DNA of 64,000 nucleotides from a virus. How positions within the stretch are numbered: the stretch's first letter is position 1; each line of letters opens with the position of its first letter. The translations under genes and the position numbers were made by a program. Below the pieces are notes generated by a model. The model did not search any database. It saw only the letters and a list, made by a program, of their open reading frames with translations, and had not been told where the DNA came from. The stretch is from IMG/VR virus record IMGVR_UViG_3300017963_000203, positions 32,001-96,000 of that record; one strand, written 5' to 3'. Below are positions 9,495-19,001 of the stretch, piece after piece.

Positions 9495-10750
9495 GACGCC
9501 TCCTTTGATCTCCTCGTGAGATGAGCGAATTGAATCGAGCCACTCAGGAGTCCCTTCGCCTTTGGGACATCCGTCGTGCGTTTCTTGCCCGATACAAGTT
9601 TACGCCCGGTCTCGAGACGAAGGAACGGATTCTTTCTGAGGACCGGGCTTTTCTTCACGTTGGGATCCAGAAGCATCTTCGCGCCGGCGGCAAACTTGTC
9701 GAGGTACGATGCCTTCTTCTCCTGGCCCGTTCTTCGACGACCCTGGAGCCACTGCTGGATCTTACGACCGAGCAGCGCGCCCCCAATCGTGCCGCCCAGG
9801 GCGCCAATCCCAGGAGCGATTCCTGACGCTCCGGACATGCCTCGACGTGCGAGCGCGTCACCGACAGCACTCCCGGCAAGGCCGCCACCGATCATCCCTG
9901 CTGGAGCGAGGGCTGCACCCGGAAGACCTCCGACAGCGCCACCGCCACCAGCACCCAGGCCGAGGAGCATCATCAGTTCGATGAGCGTGAAGCCCTTCTT
10001 CTCGAGCTCGTCCTCGAAACCTTGCAGGAAGGCGGTCTTCTTCATCCTTCCGAATCTCCTCACGCGCGTCGTCTTCTCGATCATCACACCGCTGGGCGTG
10101 GGCTTGAATTCGGACTTGAGGGTCTCCCATCCCTCATTTCGAGGGCCCAAAGCGATGTCCTTGTCGCTGAATTTCTGTCCCCTGAAAACCCTGGCCACCT
10201 CCTCCTCAGACCCCTGTTTCTTCATGCGCTCGATGTCCTTCGTGTCCTTCTCGCGCCCCATTCTACGCTTGAAGTCCAGGGTCGTGGGAACGTCCCAGTG
10301 CTTGAGGCCGCGAAGCGTGGTCGTGGGCACGTTGCTGAAGTCACGACCACCGACGTACCACCGACCGGTGAAGACGGTGATCGGGCCGTAGTTGGTCCTG
10401 ATGGTGAGCATGGGGGAGCCGATTGGACTCCGCCCCGGGACTGCGCCGGGAAAGGAGGACATCTTCTTGAACGCTTCCTCCGGTACCTGAACGTCGAGAT
10501 CGTTGATCTCTCGCAGGCCCAAAGCGCCGAGGAGTGCGCTCCCCCCCAGGACCACATCGCTCTTCGGGACGCCGGCATGAGCCAGGATGCGCTCGAGCAT
10601 GGCCGTAAGCTGGATGTACTTCGTCGCCTGGCCCTTCTTCTCCATGCGCCTTCTCCGTCGTCGCTTGGGGATGATCTTCCGGACAGCCTGCATCATGTCC
10701 TGGGCCGTGTCCGGGTCGAACCGTCGCCGATGCTTCGGGTATCGTGGCAT
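9491..10750 (-). CDS. modular polyprotein: Pol-beta-type nucleotidyltransferase, tag, and pilin-like/glycine-zipper segment
   Basis: LGGSALLGALGLREINDLDV...GREKDTKDI; AFLQGFEDELEKKGFTLIELMM; RBS before ATG 10750. Confidence 0.7.
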   Translation of the reverse strand: MPRYPKHRRRFDPDTAQDMMQAVRKIIPKRRRRRRMEKKGQATKYIQLTAMLERILAHAGVPKSDVVLGGSALLGALGLREINDLDVQVPEEAFKKMSSFPGAVPGRSPIGSPMLTIRTNYGPITVFTGRWYVGGRDFSNVPTTTLRGLKHWDVPTTLDFKRRMGREKDTKDIERMKKQGSEEEVARVFRGQKFSDKDIALGPRNEGWETLKSEFKPTPSGVMIEKTTRVRRFGRMKKTAFLQGFEDELEKKGFTLIELMMLLGLGAGGGGAVGGLPGAALAPAGMIGGGLAGSAVGDALARRGMSGASGIAPGIGALGGTIGGALLGRKIQQWLQGRRRTGQEKKASYLDKFAAGAKMLLDPNVKKSPVLRKNPFLRLETGRKLVSGKKRTTDVPKAKGLLSGSIQFAHLTRRSKEAS

Positions 10751-10765
10751 GGCCGATCTCCGACG

Positions 10766-10804
10766 AAAAAGCCCCACCCGCCTCAGAGCCGGGCGGATGG
10801 GGCT
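10766..10804 (-). terminator. intrinsic terminator after the major capsid gene
   Basis: minus strand AGCCCCATCCGCC...GGCGGGTGGGGCT followed by a T run. Confidence 0.8.
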
Positions 10805-10837
10805 CTCTCAGTTATCGTGGGCAGCTCGCCTCGTGGC

Positions 10838-12028
10838 TTACACCACGGCCGGCAGCGCCGCCTGGAGGTTGTCGTTGATGATGGTGAAGTTCCCGGCCGA
10901 GGCCGTGACGCCCGCGGGCGTCTGGAACGTCACCGGCAACGTCATCCTGGCTCCCTTGAGCAGGATGGCGCCGAGGGCGCGGATGTTGCCGAAGCCGGCC
11001 CCGACGTCCTCCCAGGCCTCCATCTCGATCCAGCGGCTCCGCTTGTCGATGAAGAACTTGGTGTTCTCCAGGACCATGAAGCGGCCGATGAACTCGGGGG
11101 CCGGGAACACGTAGATGACGCCCGGCTCGACGAGGTCGTCGTTGTCCCGGATCGTGGTCACGAAGGTGTAGCCGCCCACGGTCGTGTACTTGTACCCGTC
11201 GCGGACGATCTCGCTCGTGATCTCGAGGCCGGCCTCCGTCAGCGACCACGCGACGGTGTCGGTCCAGGTGACCTCGTGGAGGAGGAAGGTACGCGCCTTC
11301 TGCTGGCGCGCGGCGGGGATCTTCACGAGGTCCTTCAGGACCACGCGGTTCCAGTCGTCCTCGTCGGAGAGGATGATGTTGGAGTAGATCGCGTCCGCCC
11401 GGTTGAGGTTGGCCGTGGGAATCGGGGCCCACGCGCCGGCGCCCTTGGCCCTCTGGAAGAGGAAGCGCATGAACTCGGCCTGATCGCCGAAGTTCCTCGT
11501 GCCGCCGGCGACGACGCCGCGCTGCACGAGCTTGTTGTAGTTGTACCGGGTGCCCAGGAAAAGCCCCGACTTCACGTGCTGCATGAACGTGAAGTCCTCC
11601 TGCTCCTGGATGTCCTTGGCGATGTTCTGCTCCAGGATCTTGGTGAGGGGCATGCGGTAGGAGCGGAGCTCCTGCTCGGACTTGATGATCTTGTCCGAGG
11701 AGATCGTGTGAAACACGATCTTGTACCGCGGAGCCTGGATGTAGGTCTTCTCCGGCTCGCCGCGCCAGTTGATGTGCATGGCGATGGAATCCGGCTCGAG
11801 GTCGTCGATGTACTCGAGACCTTCGTCCTCGATCCTCCGCTGGCACTCCTTCTCCGTCACGACCTTCGGAGGCAGGATCTTGCGGCAGAAAGCGTTCTCA
11901 CGGAGCTTCTGCTGGATGTACAGGCCGCTGGCCTGTCCGAGCTTCGTGAGCGCCTCGCCGCCGACCTCGAGGGTCTGCCCGAACAGCGTGTTGAACTGCT
12001 CGGCGTTGAACGCGCCCGTATCCGACAT
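10838..12028 (-). CDS. major capsid protein (probable HK97 fold)
   Basis: 396 aa; strong codon bias, AGGAGG RBS and own terminator; follows protease, scaffold and decoration genes. Confidence 0.75.
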   Translation of the reverse strand: MSDTGAFNAEQFNTLFGQTLEVGGEALTKLGQASGLYIQQKLRENAFCRKILPPKVVTEKECQRRIEDEGLEYIDDLEPDSIAMHINWRGEPEKTYIQAPRYKIVFHTISSDKIIKSEQELRSYRMPLTKILEQNIAKDIQEQEDFTFMQHVKSGLFLGTRYNYNKLVQRGVVAGGTRNFGDQAEFMRFLFQRAKGAGAWAPIPTANLNRADAIYSNIILSDEDDWNRVVLKDLVKIPAARQQKARTFLLHEVTWTDTVAWSLTEAGLEITSEIVRDGYKYTTVGGYTFVTTIRDNDDLVEPGVIYVFPAPEFIGRFMVLENTKFFIDKRSRWIEMEAWEDVGAGFGNIRALGAILLKGARMTLPVTFQTPAGVTASAGNFTIINDNLQAALPAVV

Positions 12029-12092
12029 GTCAGTTCCTCCTATTGAGAACCTTTCTCCCGGAACCCTACTTCACCGTCGAGACAATCGCGGC

Positions 12093-12623
12093 TTAGTACT
12101 GGGTGCCGATGGAGTTGTACATGAAGAAGATGGTGTCTCCCCTGAGCTTGGTGATCACGCCGAAGCTGACCTTGCCGCCGATGGCGCCCGCCGCCACGGC
12201 CTGGGGCTTCCCGTGGTCCGCGGCCGGAGCCGCGTTCGGGGTGATCGTGACGTGCTTGCCCACGGCCGGATCGTTGGCCGGGGACGCCGCCACGTACCAG
12301 CGATCGAGCGGGATGGCCAGCTCGATGCCGCCGCCCTGGATGCCCGAGAGACCGCCGGCCAGGAGAGCCTGGTTGGGCGCGCTCGGGTCGAACGGATCCG
12401 TCTGCGAGTCCTGGGCGGACGGCGCGCTCGACACCAGGAAGTTGACGTAGGCGACGAGGTCGTTCTCGTCGGCGAGGCGCGCGTAGCCCGTGGTGTCGTG
12501 GGTCACGAAACGCCCTTCCTCGACCGTCGAGGTCAGATCACGCCAGTTCAGCTTCTCGAAGTTGAAGGAGCTGAACTTCGCGTTGATCGTGACGATCGAC
12601 TCGCTCTTTCTCTCCTGAGTCAT
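12093..12623 (-). CDS. putative capsid decoration/cement protein
   Basis: 176 aa beta-rich protein immediately upstream of the MCP. Confidence 0.5.
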   Translation of the reverse strand: MTQERKSESIVTINAKFSSFNFEKLNWRDLTSTVEEGRFVTHDTTGYARLADENDLVAYVNFLVSSAPSAQDSQTDPFDPSAPNQALLAGGLSGIQGGGIELAIPLDRWYVAASPANDPAVGKHVTITPNAAPAADHGKPQAVAAGAIGGKVSFGVITKLRGDTIFFMYNSIGTQY

Positions 12624-12645
12624 GGCTTTTCACTCCTTCTGATTT

Positions 12646-13035
12646 CTACCCGATGACACCCCGATCGAGGAGATCGCTGAAGCAATCCGCAATCGGGTTT
12701 TTGCCACCGCTCTTGGGCTGTGACTCGGACACCGGTTCTCCCAGACGGGTCTCGAAACGATCGATCCCCAGTTCGTGTGCCGATTTGGTGACTTGAAACC
12801 TCATGGGATCGGCCATGAACTCCGCGACCTTGTCAGTCGCATCGTTCGGGTCGATCTGGCCTTCGGCGATGAGTTGCAGCACGCCCTTTGTGATCTCCAG
12901 TTCCTGTTGAATGGCTGCCACCTTTTCCATCGCCTCCTGGGCCTTCTCTTCGGCGGTCTTGACCAGGACTTCCTGATTCCTCAGTTTGTCCCGAATCCTC
13001 GCCGCCACCTCCGTATCCAGAACGACTTTGCCCAT
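12646..13035 (-). CDS. coiled-coil scaffold-like head protein
   Basis: VKTAE, EKVAA and TKSAH sites; head module. Confidence 0.6.
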   Translation of the reverse strand: MGKVVLDTEVAARIRDKLRNQEVLVKTAEEKAQEAMEKVAAIQQELEITKGVLQLIAEGQIDPNDATDKVAEFMADPMRFQVTKSAHELGIDRFETRLGEPVSESQPKSGGKNPIADCFSDLLDRGVIG

Positions 13036-13036
13036 C

Positions 13037-13279
13037 TCACGGTTCCAGTGAGACCAGGGCGTCGAGAGCCGCAAGCCATCCGGCCATTGTCAGGTCCTCA
13101 CGACGCTCCAGGTACGCCTTCTTTTCCAGCCCCCGCTGAACCTCGGAGTTCCCCATGGCGTCCGTCAGCGACCCGATGACCTCGTCGAGATCGGGGTCCG
13201 CCTGTGCTTCCTTCCGGAAGCGCTCCCTGGACCGGGCTTTGATCTGGTCCAGGGCTGACTGAACAGCCGCAACGTCCAA
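13037..13279 (-). CDS. small helical head-module protein
   Basis: TTG start with GGAGGAG RBS; RKEAQ, EKKAY. Confidence 0.6.
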   Translation of the reverse strand: MDVAAVQSALDQIKARSRERFRKEAQADPDLDEVIGSLTDAMGNSEVQRGLEKKAYLERREDLTMAGWLAALDALVSLEP

Positions 13280-13282
13280 GGG

Positions 13283-13756
13283 TTACTCCTCCTCGGCGGA
13301 TTCCTCGCCGAGCTCGAGCAGGATGTTGGCCGCCAAGCGGCCGAGCTGCTCGGATTCCTCGTCCGAGGCGACCTTCTCCAGGTCCTCCTCGGAGATGCCC
13401 GCCATCTGGAGGGCCTCGCCCGCGAGGGCGCCGAGCTCCGCGAGCTCTTCGGCGGCTTCCTTGGAGAGCTCTTCTTCGCCCTCCTCGACGCCCGCCGTCT
13501 TCTCCTCGCCCCCTTCGGGCTCGGAGTGCGCCGCGATGTGCTCTTCGACCAGTTGGGCCGCGGCCGACAGCATGCCCGAGTCGGACATGGGGGCCACCTC
13601 GCCGTTGGCCTCGGCCACCTTCAGCAGGTCGACAGCCTCGTCGAGGAGCTGCTGGCGGAGCTCGTCGCCTTCGTACGCGGCTTCGATGGCCGCGAGCTTG
13701 ACGTTGAACTCCTGCTGGTCCAGGGCCTGGACGATGTCGCTGAGTCTCGTCTCCAT
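13283..13756 (-). CDS. acidic scaffold/prohead-core-like protein
   Basis: 157 aa, very Glu-rich, five KxA sites. Confidence 0.65.
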   Translation of the reverse strand: METRLSDIVQALDQQEFNVKLAAIEAAYEGDELRQQLLDEAVDLLKVAEANGEVAPMSDSGMLSAAAQLVEEHIAAHSEPEGGEEKTAGVEEGEEELSKEAAEELAELGALAGEALQMAGISEEDLEKVASDEESEQLGRLAANILLELGEESAEEE

Positions 13757-13850
13757 CTCGTTCTTCCTCCTGGATGTCTTTCGGTCACTCCTCGACTGTT
13801 CGAGGAGAGTCTCACACCGGGCGAACGGAGATCAATCCCGGGAAGGCGAC

Positions 13851-14270
13851 TTAGCCTCCGCGGGTCTCCGCCGGGTTCGGGTTCTTGGACTGCGGGGGAG
13901 CCACCGCGCCGTAGGTCACGTTGGGGTTGGCCCCCTCGATCTTCTTCTCGGTGACCCCGCCGCCCCCGGTCTCGCCGATCGTGGCGCCGGCCGGCCCCGC
14001 GCCGTGGCGCTCCTGGACCTTCTTGGCCACGTTCTTGAAGACCGACTGGTCGTTTTCGGGGTTGGCCTGGGAAGACTCGACGGTGCCGCCTTCGGCCGCC
14101 GTCTTCTTGAGTTCCGCGACGAAGCCCTTGGCGAACATGCGCCCGCCGGCGAAGAGGTCTTCCGCGACCTTCATCATGGGATCGTCGGCCTTGCCGGCGG
14201 AAGCGTTCTTCTCCAGGCTCCCGTCGGTCTCGAGTTCCTCGAGCAGACTGTCGATGTTGATGCCGTTCAT
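13851..14270 (-). CDS. prohead-core-like protein with internal tag variant
   Basis: EKNAS, MKVAE, FAKGFVAELKKTAA. Confidence 0.65.
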   Translation of the reverse strand: MNGINIDSLLEELETDGSLEKNASAGKADDPMMKVAEDLFAGGRMFAKGFVAELKKTAAEGGTVESSQANPENDQSVFKNVAKKVQERHGAGPAGATIGETGGGGVTEKKIEGANPNVTYGAVAPPQSKNPNPAETRGG

Positions 14271-14283
14271 GTCGAACGCTCCT

Positions 14284-15819
14284 TCAAACCTTTTTCATCT
14301 TCAACCCGACCAGGAAAGGCGTCACCGGCCGGAACCTGTCACTCGCAGTTTTAATCCCCGCCAAAGCATTTTCAACCGCGTCGGGGTCACGAATCAGCAA
14401 AGTTTTCTCTGCTGCTTTCACCAGGTCTTCGACATCCAGTCGCCCGAGTGCTTCCAGGTACTTGTCGTAGACTTCGCTTGCCCCCTTGTCAAGAGCCGCC
14501 CCCGGCTTTGGTCCTGAGATTCTTATAATCCTGACCACGCGTTTGGCAAATGGCGGATCAAACAAACTCCTGCTCGGGATCAACTCTTTGAACTTCGATA
14601 GGAGTCTGGGGAGTACTGAATCCAAGTCAAGTCGTTCCGGAACTTTCTCCGAGTCTCCCTCTGTGATGATCTCCACTTCGGGTTTCTTGAGAAGGATACC
14701 CGATGCTGTTGCGCCGTTAAAGATTTCCTCCGGAGACATCGTTTGGCGCATCGATTTGAGGGACACGGCCGGAATGCACCTCGACGCGTTGTCATCCTCT
14801 TTCACGAGGTTCGAGAGGATTTTCTGTGCCTTCGGCTTGAGCAGAGTCTTGCCGAGATTGTCCTGGCCAGGTTCGGCTGGGACTTCTTTGCTGATCTCGC
14901 CAAGCTTGAAGATCGTTCTTTTCTTTCGCATGGATTCCTGCGCCGAGGCAACCTTCACGAAGTCGACACTACGAATGGTGTAATCTTCGTGACGTTGGAC
15001 AACCGTGGGGTCGGCTGTTGGAAGATGAACGCCGGCGACTTTTCGAAGGGAATACGCTGGAGCGAATGCTGGCGTGATTACTCTCGAAATATCGAAGAAC
15101 CTCGGGAACCAGTTTTCTGCCGCGACCTTTCTTCCGTCTGGAAGCGTGACGTTCAACAGCGTCCGAAGATGCTCACAGTACTGGTTCCGATTCTTCGCCA
15201 CATTCTTGCAGATGGAGCAAACGTCGAACGCGACCTTGCAACCCATGGACCACGGAATGGGCTCACCACGGTCGATCATGCCCACGAGATCCGGGGCGGA
15301 AAGACCAACGCCGTCCCTTGGTGGATCCTTTCGAATGAAAACGATGAGCTCTCCGCGGCGCATCTTCTCGTTGTATGCCGCGCAAATCACCTTCTCCCCG
15401 ATGGAGAACTTCGGGTCTTTGTTGTTGTGAAGGACGAACGGGTAGGCATAAGTCTCGAAGGTGCTGATACCGTACTCCGGAGGAATCGGACGGCCGGTCT
15501 TTCTGAGGAACGCCTGGATGTCCGGAGGGGGCGGCTCATGAAGGAGAGACCACTCCCAGAAGCTGTCGCCGTTCTTGTTGCTCCCCCATGCCTCGGTAGC
15601 ACCCACGGCGTTGATGTGCACGTATCTACCGTCTTCCCTCGGAGAGAGGGAGGCCGCAGCTTTGATGAGACGCTCCGGAATGTAGACCTCGGACGCTGTC
15701 TTCTCGAAGACGCGCGAATGGATCGGGAGATAGGACGGGCCCCACCTGGCATCGTATGCGGGGGCCACGTGCTTCTCCATCTCCGGAGAGAGGATCAGAT
15801 TTGCTCTCTTGTCGATCAT
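14284..15819 (-). CDS. prohead maturation protease (HK97/assemblin-fold serine protease) with Zn-ribbon insert
   Basis: LHNN...WSMGC..DVCSIC...CEH...FFDISRVITPA pattern; upstream of scaffold and MCP. Confidence 0.75.
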   Translation of the reverse strand: MIDKRANLILSPEMEKHVAPAYDARWGPSYLPIHSRVFEKTASEVYIPERLIKAAASLSPREDGRYVHINAVGATEAWGSNKNGDSFWEWSLLHEPPPPDIQAFLRKTGRPIPPEYGISTFETYAYPFVLHNNKDPKFSIGEKVICAAYNEKMRRGELIVFIRKDPPRDGVGLSAPDLVGMIDRGEPIPWSMGCKVAFDVCSICKNVAKNRNQYCEHLRTLLNVTLPDGRKVAAENWFPRFFDISRVITPAFAPAYSLRKVAGVHLPTADPTVVQRHEDYTIRSVDFVKVASAQESMRKKRTIFKLGEISKEVPAEPGQDNLGKTLLKPKAQKILSNLVKEDDNASRCIPAVSLKSMRQTMSPEEIFNGATASGILLKKPEVEIITEGDSEKVPERLDLDSVLPRLLSKFKELIPSRSLFDPPFAKRVVRIIRISGPKPGAALDKGASEVYDKYLEALGRLDVEDLVKAAEKTLLIRDPDAVENALAGIKTASDRFRPVTPFLVGLKMKKV

Positions 15820-16787
15820 CCGAACACCGTGGTCACTCGAGGTATAGCCACACTCGCCGTATTGGTCATTCCAGTGAGGGGCGCAGGTTGTGGCGCCGCC
15901 GCCGGGGGTGCAGCGGTCGGCATCTTCAGTCTACCGCGTTCCGCTCGCCGCATGAGAACATTTTGCAGGCGGGGGATGCCAGCCGACTCCTGAAGGATCC
16001 CAGGGAGCCCCTGCATCGCGATGAGCGGGAGCACACCGCCCAAGATCGGGCTGCGAACCCCCAGCCCATACATGATGGGTTCGATAGCGCTCATGGCAGC
16101 CATCTGGAGGAGCATGCTCCCCCAGGGGTTGTTCACGATCTTCGCCCACGGCCCCACCTTCATCCCCTGCTGCTGGGCGACGCCGAGAGGGTCGGCCTCC
16201 ACCGCCTTCTGCTGTCTGAGAATACTCTGGAACTTTTTCTGAGTAATTGGGGCCTGACTCGGTCTTGCTGCCTTGGGCACAGCAGGAGTGCCGGGCTTGG
16301 GAACCTTGAGCCCCGCCTGAAACTTCTTCCACATCGCCTCGCCACCCGGGACAGCCGATCCCGCTGGCTTGGACACGACAGGAGCCTTGGGCGGAGTGGC
16401 GGTCAGCCCCTTCAACCAATCGAGAGCCCCGCCCTCCTTGGATAGAGCATCCGTTCCATCCCCGACGAGGCTCACGTTCGTGTCGCCCCACTGTGGGATC
16501 GCTCTTGTGGAAAGAATTTTGTACTTGGATGCTTTCCGGCGCGTTGGTTTGACGCCGCCACCACGGACCACCTTGTCTCGGAGAGATCGGTCGTTAGCCT
16601 GGGCCTTGAGACCGATGCCGCGTAGGATCTCTTGGCGCTCCTGACGTGCAGGCGAAGGAACCTTGCGACCAGCTCCGGACTCGTACTCCTCTTGCGCGGA
16701 GATCTCGCTGGAGCCCTGAGCCTCGGGCTTGCTGAGCGTTGCGGGCCCGATTCGCCCGCGCCACGTGACCTGCATTCCGTCGCGCAT
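15816..16787 (-). CDS. hypothetical basic protein with hydrophobic segments (possible ejection protein)
   Basis: 323 aa; LSKEGG site, then Pro/Ala-rich and hydrophobic helices. Confidence 0.6.
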   Translation of the reverse strand: MRDGMQVTWRGRIGPATLSKPEAQGSSEISAQEEYESGAGRKVPSPARQERQEILRGIGLKAQANDRSLRDKVVRGGGVKPTRRKASKYKILSTRAIPQWGDTNVSLVGDGTDALSKEGGALDWLKGLTATPPKAPVVSKPAGSAVPGGEAMWKKFQAGLKVPKPGTPAVPKAARPSQAPITQKKFQSILRQQKAVEADPLGVAQQQGMKVGPWAKIVNNPWGSMLLQMAAMSAIEPIMYGLGVRSPILGGVLPLIAMQGLPGILQESAGIPRLQNVLMRRAERGRLKMPTAAPPAAAPQPAPLTGMTNTASVAIPRVTTVFG

Positions 16788-16799
16788 GCGTCTTCCGAT

Positions 16800-17729
16800 C
16801 TACTTGCTGCGGCCCGGGGTTCTTGCTCGCGCACTCCCACCACGCATCTCGATGATGGTCGGCGCGTGAATGGTCGTGCCTTTCTGCCTCGGCCCGAAGT
16901 TCTTCGCCACGTCGAGCATGGTGGTGGCCATTTGGTTGACCTGGCCCTGGGTGGTGCGCTCGATGTTTCCGCTCTGATTCTCGATGTCGAGCAGCTCCTT
17001 GATCATGCCCGGCTGGATGAGATCCGGGCCTGTCTCGTGCCACCGCTTCATGAGATTCCCCGCGAGAATCGGATTCTGGGCCACGTGCGGGGCGAAGGTC
17101 GTGAGAATCTGAAAGTAATGGCCCACGTTGGGGTCGTTCCTCAGCTCGGGATGCTGTCGGAGGATCCTGGTGAGCGAGTTCTTCAGATTGCCTGACTGCG
17201 TGATGGCTTTCACACCGGAGGCGATGACCGGAGCGGCGACGCCGCTGAGGGCCATGGCCGCCATGATCGGCTGCCAGTTCTTTCCCCACCACTGACCGCC
17301 TCGGACGATGCCTCCTGGCTTGCCAGGAGTGCCCTTGCCATGCCACGTGTACTTGGTGCCCCTACCAACTCCTCGACCCACATCCTTCAACGCCTGGAGC
17401 ATCTTGTCTGCGATGCCGGCAGTCTTCTCGATGTGAGGGGACAATTTCTCGAGAGCCGAGAACGCCTCCTTCGTGATGTGCCGGTCGACGGCCGCGCGCT
17501 CGTGGTCTTCTCCACGGAAAGCGATATAGGTGGTGACGCGGCCGATCTTCTCGATGAGATCGTCGGACGCGTAGGCCAGGTGCTGCTCGACGAGGCGCGA
17601 CATGCCCTCACGATCCCCAGCCTGGGCGCATTTCAGCATCCCGGCCACGAACTTGCCGATCTCCGCGCGCTCGTCCTCGTTGAAGTTCCGCTCGTTGTAA
17701 AGCGCAGCGAATTTTTCGAAGATGGACAT
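16800..17729 (-). CDS. putative internal virion protein with hydrophobic segment
   Basis: 309 aa; several KxA/G sites; IMAAMALSGVAAPVIASGV. Confidence 0.7.
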   Translation of the reverse strand: MSIFEKFAALYNERNFNEDERAEIGKFVAGMLKCAQAGDREGMSRLVEQHLAYASDDLIEKIGRVTTYIAFRGEDHERAAVDRHITKEAFSALEKLSPHIEKTAGIADKMLQALKDVGRGVGRGTKYTWHGKGTPGKPGGIVRGGQWWGKNWQPIMAAMALSGVAAPVIASGVKAITQSGNLKNSLTRILRQHPELRNDPNVGHYFQILTTFAPHVAQNPILAGNLMKRWHETGPDLIQPGMIKELLDIENQSGNIERTTQGQVNQMATTMLDVAKNFGPRQKGTTIHAPTIIEMRGGSARARTPGRSK

Positions 17730-17738
17730 GGTAAACCT

Positions 17739-18992
17739 CTACATCTGGAAGGGCGGCGCGTAGGCCTGGTTCCCGTAGAACGAGCCAACCGGGGCCTGCG
17801 GCCCTTGGACCTGAGCCTCAGGACTCCACCCTGCCCGGCCCTCACGCCCGAACGCGCGCCCGAAGCCTCGACCCACCGCCTTGAGAATCGAAGGACCGAA
17901 GAGGAGGGCAGCCAGAAGTGGAACCCCACCGCCGACCATGGCCGTACCCTTTCCCATCCTCCAGGCCTTGCCCAGGACACCGGACTGCTTCACGGGCGCC
18001 TTGGTCGCCGCCGCGATCTTTCGGATCTCGACAACCTTGTGGAAGAGGTCCTCGTCCGCCATGCTCGACGCCTTCTTCGCCAGGTTCTCCACCTCCGACA
18101 TCAGGTACTCCTGCGTGTCCAGGTTGTCGGTGAAGGAGTTCGTACCGACTTCGACCGGGTCCGGAGCGTCGTTCAGCATCTGGATCGCTCCTCGAACGGA
18201 GTCGGTCTCGCTGATTTTCTTCCGGAAGGTATCGAGGTCCACCTGGAATGCGTGGCGCCCGTTGATGACCTGCCACTCGCCGTTGGGGATCTCCACGTTC
18301 TGCGCGAGGATCTTCTTGTCCACGGGATGGCCGAGCTTGGTCAGATCGTCCTTGACCGCCTCGAAGACCTTGAGCCAGAGCCGATCGTTCCCTGGGAACG
18401 CGGCGCAGGCGTACTTCATGAGATCCTGAATCTCGCCGCCGTCGAGAAGGACGTGGTTTCGCGCTTCCTCCCGAATCTTGGCGTAGGCCTTGTGCGTGGC
18501 GTCCTCTGATGCCTGCTTCTGGAGGGCCAGCTCACCAACCCTCTTTCGAAGCTCAGAGAGGACGACACCGGCGCTGTGCTCGGCGCGCTTCTCCATGAGC
18601 TCCTCGGCTTCCTTCACGAACGGACGCGCGCTGGCGACCTTCTCGATCCCCTCGAGAACGGTCTGCTTGAAAGCGGACTCGTCCCGCATGGGCTCGAACA
18701 CGGACATGACAGAGGCCGTTTTCACGGTACTGGCCTTGTCGGGATGCAGGATTGCCTGCACGCCGGCCAAGGATGCCAACGGGAAAGTGAACGTCTTGTC
18801 GCCAGCGGTCTTGAACAGACGCTCGTTGGCATCCAGATTCGTGAGCTCCACGACTCTCTGGATCTGGACCGGCGAGAGATTGTTCTTCTCGGCGAGCTTC
18901 GCGATGGTGTCGTTGAGTGGCACGTTCTTCTCTACGAACTGCTCCGAGGCCATCTTGGCGAAGTCGGCGAAACGGATCGGATTGATATCCAT
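17739..18992 (-). CDS. putative prohead-core/internal virion protein
   Basis: 417 aa; about nine Phi-x-K-x-A sites; C-terminal hydrophobic helix. Confidence 0.75.
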   Translation of the reverse strand: MDINPIRFADFAKMASEQFVEKNVPLNDTIAKLAEKNNLSPVQIQRVVELTNLDANERLFKTAGDKTFTFPLASLAGVQAILHPDKASTVKTASVMSVFEPMRDESAFKQTVLEGIEKVASARPFVKEAEELMEKRAEHSAGVVLSELRKRVGELALQKQASEDATHKAYAKIREEARNHVLLDGGEIQDLMKYACAAFPGNDRLWLKVFEAVKDDLTKLGHPVDKKILAQNVEIPNGEWQVINGRHAFQVDLDTFRKKISETDSVRGAIQMLNDAPDPVEVGTNSFTDNLDTQEYLMSEVENLAKKASSMADEDLFHKVVEIRKIAAATKAPVKQSGVLGKAWRMGKGTAMVGGGVPLLAALLFGPSILKAVGRGFGRAFGREGRAGWSPEAQVQGPQAPVGSFYGNQAYAPPFQM

Positions 18993-19001
18993 GATCCTCT
19001 C

